NCBI GenBank assembly: GCA_001801425.1
Contig: MGXR01000002.1
Span: 11,606 to 75,605, forward strand
Source of the DNA: Gammaproteobacteria bacterium RIFCSPHIGHO2_02_FULL_42_43
Lineage (GTDB): Bacteria > Pseudomonadota > Gammaproteobacteria > Coxiellales > Coxiellaceae
Direction: 5' to 3'
Length of the DNA stretch: 64,000 bases
Shown: positions 27,810-37,750 of the stretch, one piece after another
Layout: each line of letters starts with the position of its first letter
Position numbering within the stretch: the stretch's first letter is position 1
The notes under the pieces: generated by a model
Databases searched by the model: none
What the model was told of the DNA's origin: nothing
Seen by the model: the letters and a program-made list of their open reading frames with translations, nothing else
Made by a program: the position numbers and the translations under genes

Positions 27810-28250
27810 TTAACAGCCACTGGTAGTTGTTGTAACCACGCCAGCACTGTCATAAGTCAAATTACAGTCGGCAACAGTGGGTGCAAAATTATACGTGGCA
27901 ACGTTGCCCGCATAACCAACAGAAAATCCACTCAATGTTTGTATTGCAGCGCCAATTCCAGCTACAGACCCTACTGGACGTCCGTTACCTTGAACAACCG
28001 TTACAGGCTGTCCATTCATGGTGATACTCGTGGCTGTACTTGCACTTGAATTACCTTCTCCCACATATTGCACTTGCGCCAACATCACGGCACTGTTGAT
28101 AGCACCACCCAAGCCAGCCAGCGCTGCAATACGCGCATTAGTGGTTTGATTGATAAACCGAGGAACCGCAATCGCTGCCAAAATACCAAGGATGGCAATA
28201 ACAACGATCAGTTCAATGAGTGTAAAACCGCGACTCTGATTTTTAGTCAT
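27810..28250 (-). CDS. type IV major pilin paralogue A3
   Basis: [35 protein letters not shown]. The N-terminal ~60 aa are near-identical to A1/A2, the C-terminal half is diverged, and the terminal Cys pair is retained. Confidence 0.85.
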   Translation of the reverse strand: MTKNQSRGFTLIELIVVIAILGILAAIAVPRFINQTTNARIAALAGLGGAINSAVMLAQVQYVGEGNSSASTATSITMNGQPVTVVQGNGRPVGSVAGIGAAIQTLSGFSVGYAGNVATYNFAPTVADCNLTYDSAGVVTTTTSGC

Positions 28251-28330
28251 AAACCCCCCATCTACATAACTTCTTTAAGATTACAAGATCATTATAGTAC
28301 ATTTTAGAAATCTAGGTGCCAGCAATAAAA
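28251..28330 (-). promoter_or_regulatory. candidate promoter region of the pilin-mshE operon
   Basis: The minus strand reads TGGCACctagaTTTCT...TATAAT (TATAAT = 28291-28296), then a GGGGGG Shine-Dalgarno-like tract next to the ATG. Confidence 0.3.
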
Positions 28331-28348
28331 TCAATGGGTTATAAAAAC

Positions 28349-28948
28349 TTAGCGGAAGCGATTAACAATATGACAAAACAAGGCAGCGGTTTGCTTGGCA
28401 TCGTAAATCGCGGAATGAGCTTCGTCTTTATCAAAACCAAGCCTTGCGGCACGTAACGCCTTGGCAAGCACCGTTTTTCCAAACACCAGGCCACCCAATG
28501 TTGCTGTATCAAACACGGTAAATGCATGAAATGGTGTTTCCTTAATTTTGCATCGCTTGGCAGCCGCCATAATAAACGACAAATCAAAATGCGCGTTGTG
28601 CCCCACCAACACCGCGCGACGACACCCGGTATTTTTTAACGCTTGTTCCACAAATTGAAATAATTGTGTCAACGCTTCTTGTTCACTCACATCAAAACGA
28701 AAGGGATGAAAAGGATCAATGCCCGTCACTTTCAATGCATCATCATCCAAGCGCGCACCATCAAACGGCGTCACATGACACGCAAAATCCCCGACGGGCG
28801 TGAGTATGCTATCGACATTAAAATCCAATGACACTGCGGCAATTTCCAGCATGGCATTTTTAAGCACATCCACACCGCTCGTTTCAATGTCGACAACAAC
28901 AGGTAAATAGCCATCGAATCGATTTTTCATCAAGATTGGATTTGCCAT
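28349..28948 (-). CDS. rnt: ribonuclease T
   Basis: DEDDh exonuclease motifs YLPVVVDIETSG, GHNAHFDLSF, HSAIYDA. ~199 aa. Confidence 0.85.
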   Translation of the reverse strand: MANPILMKNRFDGYLPVVVDIETSGVDVLKNAMLEIAAVSLDFNVDSILTPVGDFACHVTPFDGARLDDDALKVTGIDPFHPFRFDVSEQEALTQLFQFVEQALKNTGCRRAVLVGHNAHFDLSFIMAAAKRCKIKETPFHAFTVFDTATLGGLVFGKTVLAKALRAARLGFDKDEAHSAIYDAKQTAALFCHIVNRFR

Positions 28949-29967
28949 GCGAGCATTTCTCCGGCTTTCATGGGAATTAATTTAGCATCGCCAAACGATA
29001 AATAGTCTGGAATTTTCCAAGGTTTTTTGACGAGTGTGATTTTTTCTGAATTTAGCGGCAGCTGATAAAATTCGGCACCAAAACGGCTCGCAAAATTTTC
29101 AAAACGATCGAGTGCATTATTTTTTTCAAAAATATCCGCGTAGAGTGCAAGTGCTGCATGTGCAGAATAAATCCCCGCGCAGCCACATGCTGATTCTTTT
29201 TTCGCTTGCGAATGCGGCGCGCTATCAGTTCCTAAGAAAAATTTTGGATTGCCGCTCGTTGCCACTTGCATAAGCGCCGCTTGATCGCTGTGACATTTTA
29301 AAATGGGAGTACAAAAGTAATGCGGGCGAATGCCGCGATCAAATAAATCGTTGCGATTATAATGCAAGTGATGCGGTGTAATCGTTGCAGCAATATTATT
29401 CTGCGCCGCCAAAATAAAATCCACTGCGGCTTTTGTGGAAATGTGTTCGAGTATCATGCGCAGCTTAGGAAAATCACGCTGCATCATTTTCACTGTGTCT
29501 AAAAATATTTTTTCGCGATCAAAAATATCAACACCCGCTTGTATCGATTCCCCATGAATACATAACGGCAAATCACAAGCCTGCATCGCTTCCAACAACG
29601 GATAAATCTTTTTAATGTCTGTGATTCCTGCATCAGAATGCGTTGTCGCGTGCGCGGGATAATATTTGCAAGCGGTGATGACGCCGGATTTTTTAGCATC
29701 AACAATAATATTCGGATGCATTGATTCGATTAAATATAATGTCATGAGTGGTGTAAAACGCGAAGTGATGTGCGACAGAATGCGATCACGATAAGCGACA
29801 GCTTGCGCGAGTGTCGTAATCGGTTGAGTTAAATTTGGCATGACAATGGCGCGCGCAAACTGTTTTTCTGTATCCAAAACAGTGCGCGCCAAATACGCAT
29901 CATCGCGCAAATGTGTGTGCCAATCATCCGGTTGTCGAATCGTAATGGTTTTACAGTTGCTCTGCAT
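28930..29967 (-). CDS. pyrC: dihydroorotase (class II)
   Basis: IRQPDDWHTHLRD metal-binding motif, ~345 aa. Start at MQSNCKTITI. Confidence 0.9.
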   Translation of the reverse strand: MQSNCKTITIRQPDDWHTHLRDDAYLARTVLDTEKQFARAIVMPNLTQPITTLAQAVAYRDRILSHITSRFTPLMTLYLIESMHPNIIVDAKKSGVITACKYYPAHATTHSDAGITDIKKIYPLLEAMQACDLPLCIHGESIQAGVDIFDREKIFLDTVKMMQRDFPKLRMILEHISTKAAVDFILAAQNNIAATITPHHLHYNRNDLFDRGIRPHYFCTPILKCHSDQAALMQVATSGNPKFFLGTDSAPHSQAKKESACGCAGIYSAHAALALYADIFEKNNALDRFENFASRFGAEFYQLPLNSEKITLVKKPWKIPDYLSFGDAKLIPMKAGEMLAWQIQS

Positions 29968-30556
29968 TTTCAGCCAAATAAGCCGCAACACCTGTTGGCG
30001 ATGCGGTCATACCCTTGTCGCCTTTTTTCCAGTTCGCAGGGCAAACTTCGCCATGTTTTTCTGTGAATTGTAATGCATCAATCAATCGCAAAATTTCGCC
30101 GATACTGCGACCCAGGGGCAAATCATTCACTAATGCAGCGCGAACAATGCCAGCTCTGTCGATGATAAATGCGCCACGCAATGCAACGCCCTCGGTCGGA
30201 TGCTCAACGCCGTACGCGCGCGCAATGTGATGCGCCACATCGGCCACCATTGTGTATTTCACAGGGCCAATGCCGCCTTTATTTACCGGCGTATTACGCC
30301 ATGCATTGTGCGTAAATTGAGAATCGATAGAGACAGAAATGACTTCGACGCCGCGAGATTTGAATTCCGGCATGGCATGATCCAGCGCAATCAATTCCGA
30401 TGGGCAAACGAAAGTGAAATCCAAGGGGTAAAAGAAAATCAACGCATATTTGTCTTTGGTTGCACCCTTGAAATTATATTGCTTAACAATCTCACCTGAA
30501 CCCAATACGGCTGGAACAGTAAAATCAGGAGCTGCTCTGGTCACTAAACTCATCAT
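29951..30556 (-). CDS. 2-Cys peroxiredoxin (AhpC/Tsa family)
   Basis: FFYPLDFTFVCPSEL peroxidatic Cys motif; resolving Cys in HGEVCPANW. Confidence 0.9.
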   Translation of the reverse strand: MMSLVTRAAPDFTVPAVLGSGEIVKQYNFKGATKDKYALIFFYPLDFTFVCPSELIALDHAMPEFKSRGVEVISVSIDSQFTHNAWRNTPVNKGGIGPVKYTMVADVAHHIARAYGVEHPTEGVALRGAFIIDRAGIVRAALVNDLPLGRSIGEILRLIDALQFTEKHGEVCPANWKKGDKGMTASPTGVAAYLAENAEQL

Positions 30557-30687
30557 AACACCTCATCAATTCTCGAGAAAAAACAGTGTTCCATGATAGT
30601 GAATATTGATTCATGATGCAACTGGCGAAATATTAAAATTTCGGGTATCGTGTACAGCGAATTTCCAATATTATTCTGGAGAAACAC

Positions 30688-31266
30688 ATGACGTTCGAAC
30701 TACCCGCACTTCCCTACGCAATGGATGCATTAACACCTCGCATCTCCAAAGAAACAGTAGAATATCACTATGGAAAACACCATCGCGCCTATGTCACTAA
30801 TCTGAATAATCTCATTCCGGGTAGTGGGTTCGAAAACAAATCACTTGAAGAAATTATTAAAAATGCCAGGGGACCAATTTTTAATAACGCCGCACAAATC
30901 TGGAACCATACATTTTATTGGCACAGTTTATCGCCTAATGGTGGCGGGGAACCCACTGGCACATTGGCCGCTGCGATTGAAAAAACATTTGGTTCTTTTG
31001 AAAAATTCAAAGAAACATTTACCAAATCCGCATTAACATTATTTGGTTCTGGTTGGGCATGGCTTGTCAAAAAACCGTCGGGCGAATTAGAAATTGTGCA
31101 AACGGGTAATGCCGGTACACCGATCACTGATGACAAAAAACCTTTGTTTACCTGCGATGTGTGGGAACATGCGTATTACATCGACACACGCAATGATCGC
31201 AGCGCGTACTTAAAAAATTTTTGGGAATTAGTGAATTGGGATTTTGCAGTTCAGAATTTTAAATGA
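30688..31266 (+). CDS. sodB: iron superoxide dismutase
   Basis: [32 protein letters not shown] and [10 protein letters not shown] motifs. Confidence 0.9.
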   Translation: MTFELPALPYAMDALTPRISKETVEYHYGKHHRAYVTNLNNLIPGSGFENKSLEEIIKNARGPIFNNAAQIWNHTFYWHSLSPNGGGEPTGTLAAAIEKTFGSFEKFKETFTKSALTLFGSGWAWLVKKPSGELEIVQTGNAGTPITDDKKPLFTCDVWEHAYYIDTRNDRSAYLKNFWELVNWDFAVQNFK

Positions 31267-31985
31267 GCATTCGTGTTTTAATCAATGGCGCTGCCGGAAA
31301 AATGGGCCGCACAACGGTGGATGCGATTGCACGCGAAAAAGAATTGCGATTGGTAGCAACTGCATCGCGCTCAGATGATCTGTCTAAAATTATTCACGCT
31401 AGCAAAGCGGATGTGGTGATTGATTTTACTGTGCCTCAATGCGTATTTGAAAATACAAAAAAAATTATCGCGGCCAATGCAAGACCCGTGATCGGCACGA
31501 GCGGCCTCACGCAAGAACATATCGCGCAATTATCTCAACTGTGCCAAGAAAAAAAAATGGGTGGTATTGTGGCACCCAATTTTTCCATTGGTGCCATTTT
31601 GATGATGCGATTTGCTAAAGAAGCAGCGCAATATTTTAATGACGCAGAAATTGTTGAATGGCATCACGCACAAAAAATAGACGCGCCGTCTGCCACTGCT
31701 AAAAAAACGGCGGAGCTCATTTCCGAAAATAAAAAAATAAAAAATACAGCGTCGCGCGTAACAGCTTCAGCGCGCGGAGAAATGCATTGTGATATCCCCA
31801 TTCATTCCATTCGAATGCCGGGCGTTTTTGCCAATCAGTCCGTTATTTTTGGTAATTCCGGTGAGACACTGACCGTGCATCACCAAGCCTCGGATCGCGC
31901 AGCCATGATGCCGGGAGTGTTTTTGTGTTGCCGCAAAGTGATGACACTGGATCGAATGGTGTATGGGATGGAAACGTTGGTGTAG
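31263..31985 (+). CDS. dapB: 4-hydroxy-tetrahydrodipicolinate reductase
   Basis: [15 protein letters not shown]-binding motif, [15 protein letters not shown] active-site region, ATGA overlap with sodB. Confidence 0.85.
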   Translation: MSIRVLINGAAGKMGRTTVDAIAREKELRLVATASRSDDLSKIIHASKADVVIDFTVPQCVFENTKKIIAANARPVIGTSGLTQEHIAQLSQLCQEKKMGGIVAPNFSIGAILMMRFAKEAAQYFNDAEIVEWHHAQKIDAPSATAKKTAELISENKKIKNTASRVTASARGEMHCDIPIHSIRMPGVFANQSVIFGNSGETLTVHHQASDRAAMMPGVFLCCRKVMTLDRMVYGMETLV

Positions 31986-31988
31986 GAT

Positions 31989-32052
31989 CACTCGCTACCG
32001 CTCGTGTCTGTGTCCCGATTGATTCACTCGCTACCACTCGTGTCTGTGTCCG
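31989..32052. repeat. REP-like family 1, two direct copies
   Basis: CACTCGCTACCGCTCGTGTCTGTGTCCCGAT and CACTCGCTACCACTCGTGTCTGTGTCCG. Confidence 0.85.
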
Positions 32053-32116
32053 TTATTTGATTTACTCACACTTTTAAGTGAAATTGATATAAAATGACCA
32101 AATGAGGTTGTGCGCG

Positions 32117-33502
32117 ATGGATGCTAGGGCATGGATTACCAGGATGGTGGCATTGATAGGTTGTTGCCTGTCGCCCATGCTTCACGCGGAAACCTTTCTC
32201 CAAGTTTATTCTCAAGCCCTTCAAAGTGACCCTGCTTTTCTCAAAGCCGAAGCCAATTGGCGCGCGCAAAAACTGAATTTACCAATCACACGCGCGGGTT
32301 ATTTGCCGCAATTAGCGGTTGCTGGAAATGCGGTACGCAGCTACACTTTTTACGCACCTGCATCGCTCAGTGAGGTATCGGATTACAACTGGAATTACGG
32401 CTACTCAATAACACTCACGCAACCCATTTTTGATTTGGCTGCATGGCATGCAATCAAAGGAGCGAGTGCGTCCGTCAAATCCGCAACAGCAACCTATCTT
32501 GCCGCGCAACAACAATTAATGCAGCGCACCGCACAAGCCTATTTTGAAGTATTAAAAGCGTATGAAACATTAATCTACACGAATGACAACAAAGAAGCGG
32601 TGTGGAAACAATATCTCACGGCAAAAAGAAAATATGAAGCGGGATTAATTGCTGTCATGGATATGTATGACGCACGTTCACGTTATGATTTTGTGATTGC
32701 ACAGGAAATTTCGGCGAAAAATACTTTGAGTGATAAATTGGAAAATTTGCACGCACTCACAGGCCACTATTACAAAACACTCAACGGATTCAGCATAAAA
32801 ATTCCACTGGTACAACCCAATCCACGCAGTGTCGATGCATGGACTAAAGCATCGGAGGCGCAAAATTACAGTATTCAAGCGCAACGCTTTAATGTCATCG
32901 CAGCGATGGACAACATCAAGCAACAAGTGGAAGCAGGTTATCCCACGCTCGATTTATCCACTGGATTTGTAGAAGCAAGGGCAGTTGATAATCAGAACGA
33001 CAGCACAAACACTGACGCTGTCAATTTAGGATTAAATTTAACATATAAACCCATTCAGGGGGGGTTAGTATATACATCGACAGAACAAGCACGTTACTAC
33101 TACGCAGCCGCTGCCGCAGAACTGGAATTAGTGCATCGGCAAGTCGTTATTCAAGCGCGCAATAGTTACGTTGGCGTGATGGCGATGATGAATCGCGTGA
33201 ACACGGATCGCGCGCGCATTGTGTCGGCCAACAAAGCACTCGTTGCAACGGAAGCAGGATTAAAAGTGGGTGCGCGAACGATGCTTGATCTTTTGAATGA
33301 TTTAACAACTTTGTATCAAGCGCAGCAACAATTGGCTGACGATCGATACACTTATCTCACCAATGTTATTAATTTAAAAGCGGCAGCGGGCACGCTCAAA
33401 ATGGCTGATATTATGCAGATAAATCATTGGTTGCAGAAAAAAATTGCGCTGCCGTCTACATCGTTTGTGGATGTAAAAGCATCGGAGAGACAAAAGCAAT
33501 AA
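32117..33502 (+). CDS. tolC: TolC-family outer membrane channel
   Basis: Signal peptide then ETFLQVYSQALQSDPAFLKAEANW...GYLPQL. Duplicated alpha/beta repeat architecture, ~460 aa. Confidence 0.8.
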   Translation: MDARAWITRMVALIGCCLSPMLHAETFLQVYSQALQSDPAFLKAEANWRAQKLNLPITRAGYLPQLAVAGNAVRSYTFYAPASLSEVSDYNWNYGYSITLTQPIFDLAAWHAIKGASASVKSATATYLAAQQQLMQRTAQAYFEVLKAYETLIYTNDNKEAVWKQYLTAKRKYEAGLIAVMDMYDARSRYDFVIAQEISAKNTLSDKLENLHALTGHYYKTLNGFSIKIPLVQPNPRSVDAWTKASEAQNYSIQAQRFNVIAAMDNIKQQVEAGYPTLDLSTGFVEARAVDNQNDSTNTDAVNLGLNLTYKPIQGGLVYTSTEQARYYYAAAAAELELVHRQVVIQARNSYVGVMAMMNRVNTDRARIVSANKALVATEAGLKVGARTMLDLLNDLTTLYQAQQQLADDRYTYLTNVINLKAAAGTLKMADIMQINHWLQKKIALPSTSFVDVKASERQKQ

Positions 33503-33508
33503 GGCTGG

Positions 33509-33531
33509 ATACCGCGGTCAAGCCGCGGTAT
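33509..33531. terminator. bidirectional hairpin terminator
   Basis: ATACCGCGG-TCAAG-CCGCGGTAT is a perfect 9-bp stem between the convergent tolC and GGDEF-EAL genes. Confidence 0.65.
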
Positions 33532-33539
33532 GACGTGAT

Positions 33540-35642
33540 TTAAAAGTTGATTTTTTTTTGCGATACATCAAAATGCTTGATGTATTCTTCGACGTCGTCC
33601 ATCGGCATTGCTTTTGAGAAAAAATATCCTTGGAAAATATAGCAGCCACTTTTTAATAAAAAATCCACTTGCGATTGTGTTTCCACTCCTTCAGCAATCA
33701 ACGTGATGTTCATCGCCATCGCCAACGAAATAATACTTTTAATAATATTTTTGCAATTGGGATCGTTATCAATTTCTTGCACAAACGATTGATCTATTTT
33801 TAAAAGTTTAATCGGCAATTCTTTTAAATTAGTAAATGAAGAATAGCCTGCACCAAAATCATCTACACCGAGCGAAAATTCGGTAATAGGTGTTTTCATG
33901 AATTGTTTTTTTAATTGCGCGATATTTTGAACGACACTGGTTTCAGTAATTTCAAACATGATGCGGCGATAATCCACATCATACTCTTTTACTTTTTCCG
34001 ATAACTTTTGAATAAAATTATCTTGTAATAATTGTGTAGCCGACACATTAATACCCATGCTCACTGCATGCCGACGAAAATAAAGAGATGCTTGATCAAA
34101 TTTTTTGTACGCCGTCAGCGCCGTATCAATCACCCACGCACCCACTTCCTTCATCTGTCCACTTTCTTCAGCGATTGGCACAAAAACAGACGGCGGAATT
34201 TCACCGTATACATCTTGATTCCATCGCAACAACGCTTCAAATCCATGGATACAGCTTTTTAATAAATTAATTTGTGGTTGAAAAAACAAAGACAATTCTT
34301 TTTTTTCAATTGCGTGACGCAGCGCGTTTTCAATAAATACGGTGTGCTGAATTTCATGACTGATGTTGTCCGTATAAATTTCATAACAATTTCTACCGCG
34401 CGCTTTGGCGCGATACAATGCTTGATCCGCTTTTTGAATAATTTTTTCAGCGTTCACGCCATCGGAAGTATTGTCAACATAAGCAATACCAATGCTTAAC
34501 GTTGCCAAACATTCATTGTCTTCAACGTAAAACGGGGTGCGAAATTTTGTGAGAAAATTATCAGCGATAAATGCAAGCTCACCAATGCTATTAACGTATT
34601 TTAATACTATTAAAAATTCATCACCGCCAATACGAGCAATCATGTCATATTTTCGTGCGTTGGCTTTCAGCCGCTCTGCCACTTGTTTTAATAATTCATC
34701 ACCAATGTGGTGTCCCAATACGTCATTAATTTTTTTAAAATGATCAAGATCGATGTAAAAAACAGCGAAGGCATTTAACAAACCACGTTCACATTCATGC
34801 ACTATCTTTTGCACGAAATCCGAAAAATAGCGACGATTCGGAAGCCCCGTCAACGGATCATGCATCGATAAATTTTTCAGTTCATCTTCAGTTTTTTTCA
34901 AATGCGTGATATCTACCATAGCACCAAGATATTCCACATTATTTTTATCAAGTAATTCTGGAATAAAATTGCATTTGACACAAATTTCTTTAGAATGCTT
35001 GGTAAGCAATTTTACCTCTAATTCAAACGGTGCTTGCAAAGACAATCGTTGATGAAACGTTTTAACAAATTCGGTTTTGTTATCAATCGATAGATATTGC
35101 AACCATCCATCCCCGCTCGTTAATTCTGCTTGAGAATAACCAAGCATGTCGCACAACGGCTGATTCACAAAAAAACATCGGCCCTTATCATCCATTTTAA
35201 AAACACCAGTGCGTGTTACATTAATCACTTCATTTTCGGCGTTCGCGCGTTTCTTTTTAACCATCGTCTCTTGATATTCACTTAAAACGCGACGAATCGT
35301 AGACGGCAATACCACCAAGTTTTCTTTCAACACGTAATCTTGCGCGCCTTGCTTAATCAAACGAATCGCTGCTTCATAACCGATGGCACCAGAGATAATA
35401 ATAATCGGCACTTCAATTTTTTTTTCTTTGATGATGTGAATGGCTTCTTTAGCGCTTAAATTGGGAACATCATAATCCATCAAAACGAGATCAAATTTCT
35501 CGGTGTCAAGCCGGTGGCAAAACGTTTCTCGATCATCCACCACCACAATATCGGCAGGATCCGCGTGATCTTTCAAAGACAACGCGACAAGCTCTGCGTC
35601 TATCCCATTGTTTTCTATGTAAATAATTTTTATTTTGTCCAC
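33540..35642 (-). CDS. REC-PAS-GGDEF-EAL protein with intact catalytic and I-site motifs
   Basis: Receiver (LVLMDYDVPN), PAS region, RKYDMIARIGGDEF (RxxD I-site plus GGDEF). EAL motifs FEALLRW, INVSA, EITE, DDFGAGYSS, KIDQSF, AEGVE and QGYFF are all present. Confidence 0.85.
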   Translation of the reverse strand: MDKIKIIYIENNGIDAELVALSLKDHADPADIVVVDDRETFCHRLDTEKFDLVLMDYDVPNLSAKEAIHIIKEKKIEVPIIIISGAIGYEAAIRLIKQGAQDYVLKENLVVLPSTIRRVLSEYQETMVKKKRANAENEVINVTRTGVFKMDDKGRCFFVNQPLCDMLGYSQAELTSGDGWLQYLSIDNKTEFVKTFHQRLSLQAPFELEVKLLTKHSKEICVKCNFIPELLDKNNVEYLGAMVDITHLKKTEDELKNLSMHDPLTGLPNRRYFSDFVQKIVHECERGLLNAFAVFYIDLDHFKKINDVLGHHIGDELLKQVAERLKANARKYDMIARIGGDEFLIVLKYVNSIGELAFIADNFLTKFRTPFYVEDNECLATLSIGIAYVDNTSDGVNAEKIIQKADQALYRAKARGRNCYEIYTDNISHEIQHTVFIENALRHAIEKKELSLFFQPQINLLKSCIHGFEALLRWNQDVYGEIPPSVFVPIAEESGQMKEVGAWVIDTALTAYKKFDQASLYFRRHAVSMGINVSATQLLQDNFIQKLSEKVKEYDVDYRRIMFEITETSVVQNIAQLKKQFMKTPITEFSLGVDDFGAGYSSFTNLKELPIKLLKIDQSFVQEIDNDPNCKNIIKSIISLAMAMNITLIAEGVETQSQVDFLLKSGCYIFQGYFFSKAMPMDDVEEYIKHFDVSQKKINF

Positions 35643-35737
35643 ATAGCCTCTGGGGTTGGCGGCTACCCTATCTCATTGATTATCGCTATAATGTACAAGA
35701 CCAGTATAGCACGCGAAAATTAAGCACAGGGTGTTTC

Positions 35738-37750
35738 ATGGGATGGATCAAGGCCAAGTTCGCGCAATACCATGCATGGATAAGCCCCGTCATTTCAGTG
35801 CTTCGTGAGCGTGTCGGCAATGCGCTCGACTTTCTTTACCACACACTGGTTGCGATTCCCGTTCGCTTCATCAAGCAACTGATTCAAAAAATATCGCAAA
35901 AAGTGCAATCATGGCTTGCGCCAATCACGCAACATTACACGACACACATTCTCCCGATTTATACGTATTACAAAAACCAATGCAAAGAAAATACCCAGGA
36001 ATATTGGAAAGCAGTGCGAGAAATTCGCATTAAAAATAAAACCGTGGGTGATGTGGTGGATGTGGGTGTTGCAAAAATCAACGAGCATCCCTGGATTCGT
36101 CAGCTACAAGATGCATCAAAACTCGACACGCGTTTTCCGACAATGATCAGCACGCTGTTTGCCAATTTGTTAGCGATTATTTTTCCACTGTCGCTCATGC
36201 AAGTCTACGATCGCATCATTCCCAATCACACCACCAACACATTATTATTTTTAACCCTCATCGTTGTCTCTGCCATTGCGCTCGAAGCTGCTCTTCGCAT
36301 CATTCGCACTTACATTAATTTATGGGCAGACACAAAATATGAATTTTATTTGGGAAAAACTGCGTTTTCTAAAATAATGAATGCACCACTACACATCGCT
36401 GAAAACACGGATGTGGGTACGCGCTTGGAACAATTTGCAATTTTGGATCAGATGAAAGGGTTTTATAATACGCAATTGCTGACGGCCATGTACGAAGTTC
36501 CCTTTTTGCTAATCTTTGTCTTCGTCATTGCTTACATTGGCGAATGGTTATTTATCATTCCACTCATCACCATTATTTTTTCAGCTTATCTCATGTGGAA
36601 ATTCGCATTACGCTGGGAATTTTTACTCAGAGAAAAATTGACGTTCGAAGCCCGCGAAAATGATTTTATTATTAATGTGCTCACCGGAATTCACACTGCC
36701 AAATCCATCGGCATGGAAGAATTATTATTACGTCGTCATGAACGTTTGCAAGAATCGGGCATGAAAATTGATTTTTTATCCAGCATACACGACGGCGATT
36801 TACTCACCATCAAATCAACGGCGAGCCAAGGCACCATCATACTCACCGCTACATTCGGTTGCATCATGGTGGTGTATGGGCATTTGGCGATTGGGGGGCT
36901 AGCCGCTTGTATTTTATTGGCAGGTCGAATCATGCGCCCATTTGATCGCATTTTAACGACATTTAATCGCTTAAACATGATCAATTTGGTGCGCGAAAAA
37001 TTAGATGTCATTTTTCAATTGCCCTCCGAGGAAAATGTCACTACGGGCGAAACCGTGATTTTAAAAGGTGAAATTAAATTGGAAAAAATTAGTTTTCATT
37101 TTGATGATTTTAAAGAATATGAAATTCTAAAAGCACTGGATCTGCGCATTCCACCGAACACATTAGTGGGTATCTGTGGTGATGATCAAACTGAAAAAAC
37201 AACCTTGTTAAATATTTTATCCACGGTCACGAAACCAACTAGCGGACAATATTTTTTGGATGATAAAGACGTGCATCAATATCAAACTTCCGCACTGCGA
37301 AAACAAATCGCCTATTTAAAACGAACCGGAAAATTATTTCGCGGCAGCATCATGGATAATTTATCTGCATTCGATGAAAAATTAATTCCAATGGCGAGAC
37401 GCTTAGTCGATCGCCTGGGGTTAAACACGATCTTATCAAAACTGCCAAGCGGATATGACACTTTTGTCGGTGAAAAAGCAGTTGAAGCTTTGCCTGGTGG
37501 TGTCGTCAATTTGATTTTAATTATTCGAGCGCTGGTTCGAAAACCGAAAATTGTATTGTTTGATGAAACCAATATTAATCTGGATACACAGTCCAAACAA
37601 AAAATGTTGGAGTTACTACCCTATCTCAAAGAATTTTCAACCATTGTGGTATTAGTGATGCAAGAATCTACCATGAAAATTATGGATGTGATTTACCGAT
37701 TTGAAGAAGGAAAATTAGTGCGGGTAGAAAATTTCCGTCCTGAAAATTGA
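35738..37750 (+). CDS. HlyB-family T1SS ABC protein with degenerate nucleotide-binding motifs (ABC1)
   Basis: TMD begins LFANLLAIIFPLSLMQVYDRIIP. NBD: Walker A GICGDDQTEKTT (no GxGK), Q-loop Gln>Arg (YLKRTGKLF), signature LPGGV, Walker B IVLFDE, H-loop His lost (VLVMQEST). The last 5 codons lie in MITE copy C. Confidence 0.8.
   Translation: MGWIKAKFAQYHAWISPVISVLRERVGNALDFLYHTLVAIPVRFIKQLIQKISQKVQSWLAPITQHYTTHILPIYTYYKNQCKENTQEYWKAVREIRIKNKTVGDVVDVGVAKINEHPWIRQLQDASKLDTRFPTMISTLFANLLAIIFPLSLMQVYDRIIPNHTTNTLLFLTLIVVSAIALEAALRIIRTYINLWADTKYEFYLGKTAFSKIMNAPLHIAENTDVGTRLEQFAILDQMKGFYNTQLLTAMYEVPFLLIFVFVIAYIGEWLFIIPLITIIFSAYLMWKFALRWEFLLREKLTFEARENDFIINVLTGIHTAKSIGMEELLLRRHERLQESGMKIDFLSSIHDGDLLTIKSTASQGTIILTATFGCIMVVYGHLAIGGLAACILLAGRIMRPFDRILTTFNRLNMINLVREKLDVIFQLPSEENVTTGETVILKGEIKLEKISFHFDDFKEYEILKALDLRIPPNTLVGICGDDQTEKTTLLNILSTVTKPTSGQYFLDDKDVHQYQTSALRKQIAYLKRTGKLFRGSIMDNLSAFDEKLIPMARRLVDRLGLNTILSKLPSGYDTFVGEKAVEALPGGVVNLILIIRALVRKPKIVLFDETNINLDTQSKQKMLELLPYLKEFSTIVVLVMQESTMKIMDVIYRFEEGKLVRVENFRPEN

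Noticed and set aside
28300-28330. Sigma-54 promoter upstream of pilin A3 (TGGCAC-N5-TTTCT).
   Set aside because: The -24 GG element fits, but the -12 element is TTTC rather than TTGC. No enhancer-binding protein gene is in the window. It is kept only as a low-confidence promoter region.
30590-30625. Fur box between the peroxiredoxin and sodB genes (GATAGTGAATATTGATTCA).
   Set aside because: Only about 10 of 19 positions match GATAATGATAATCATTATC. This is indistinguishable from background in AT-rich DNA.
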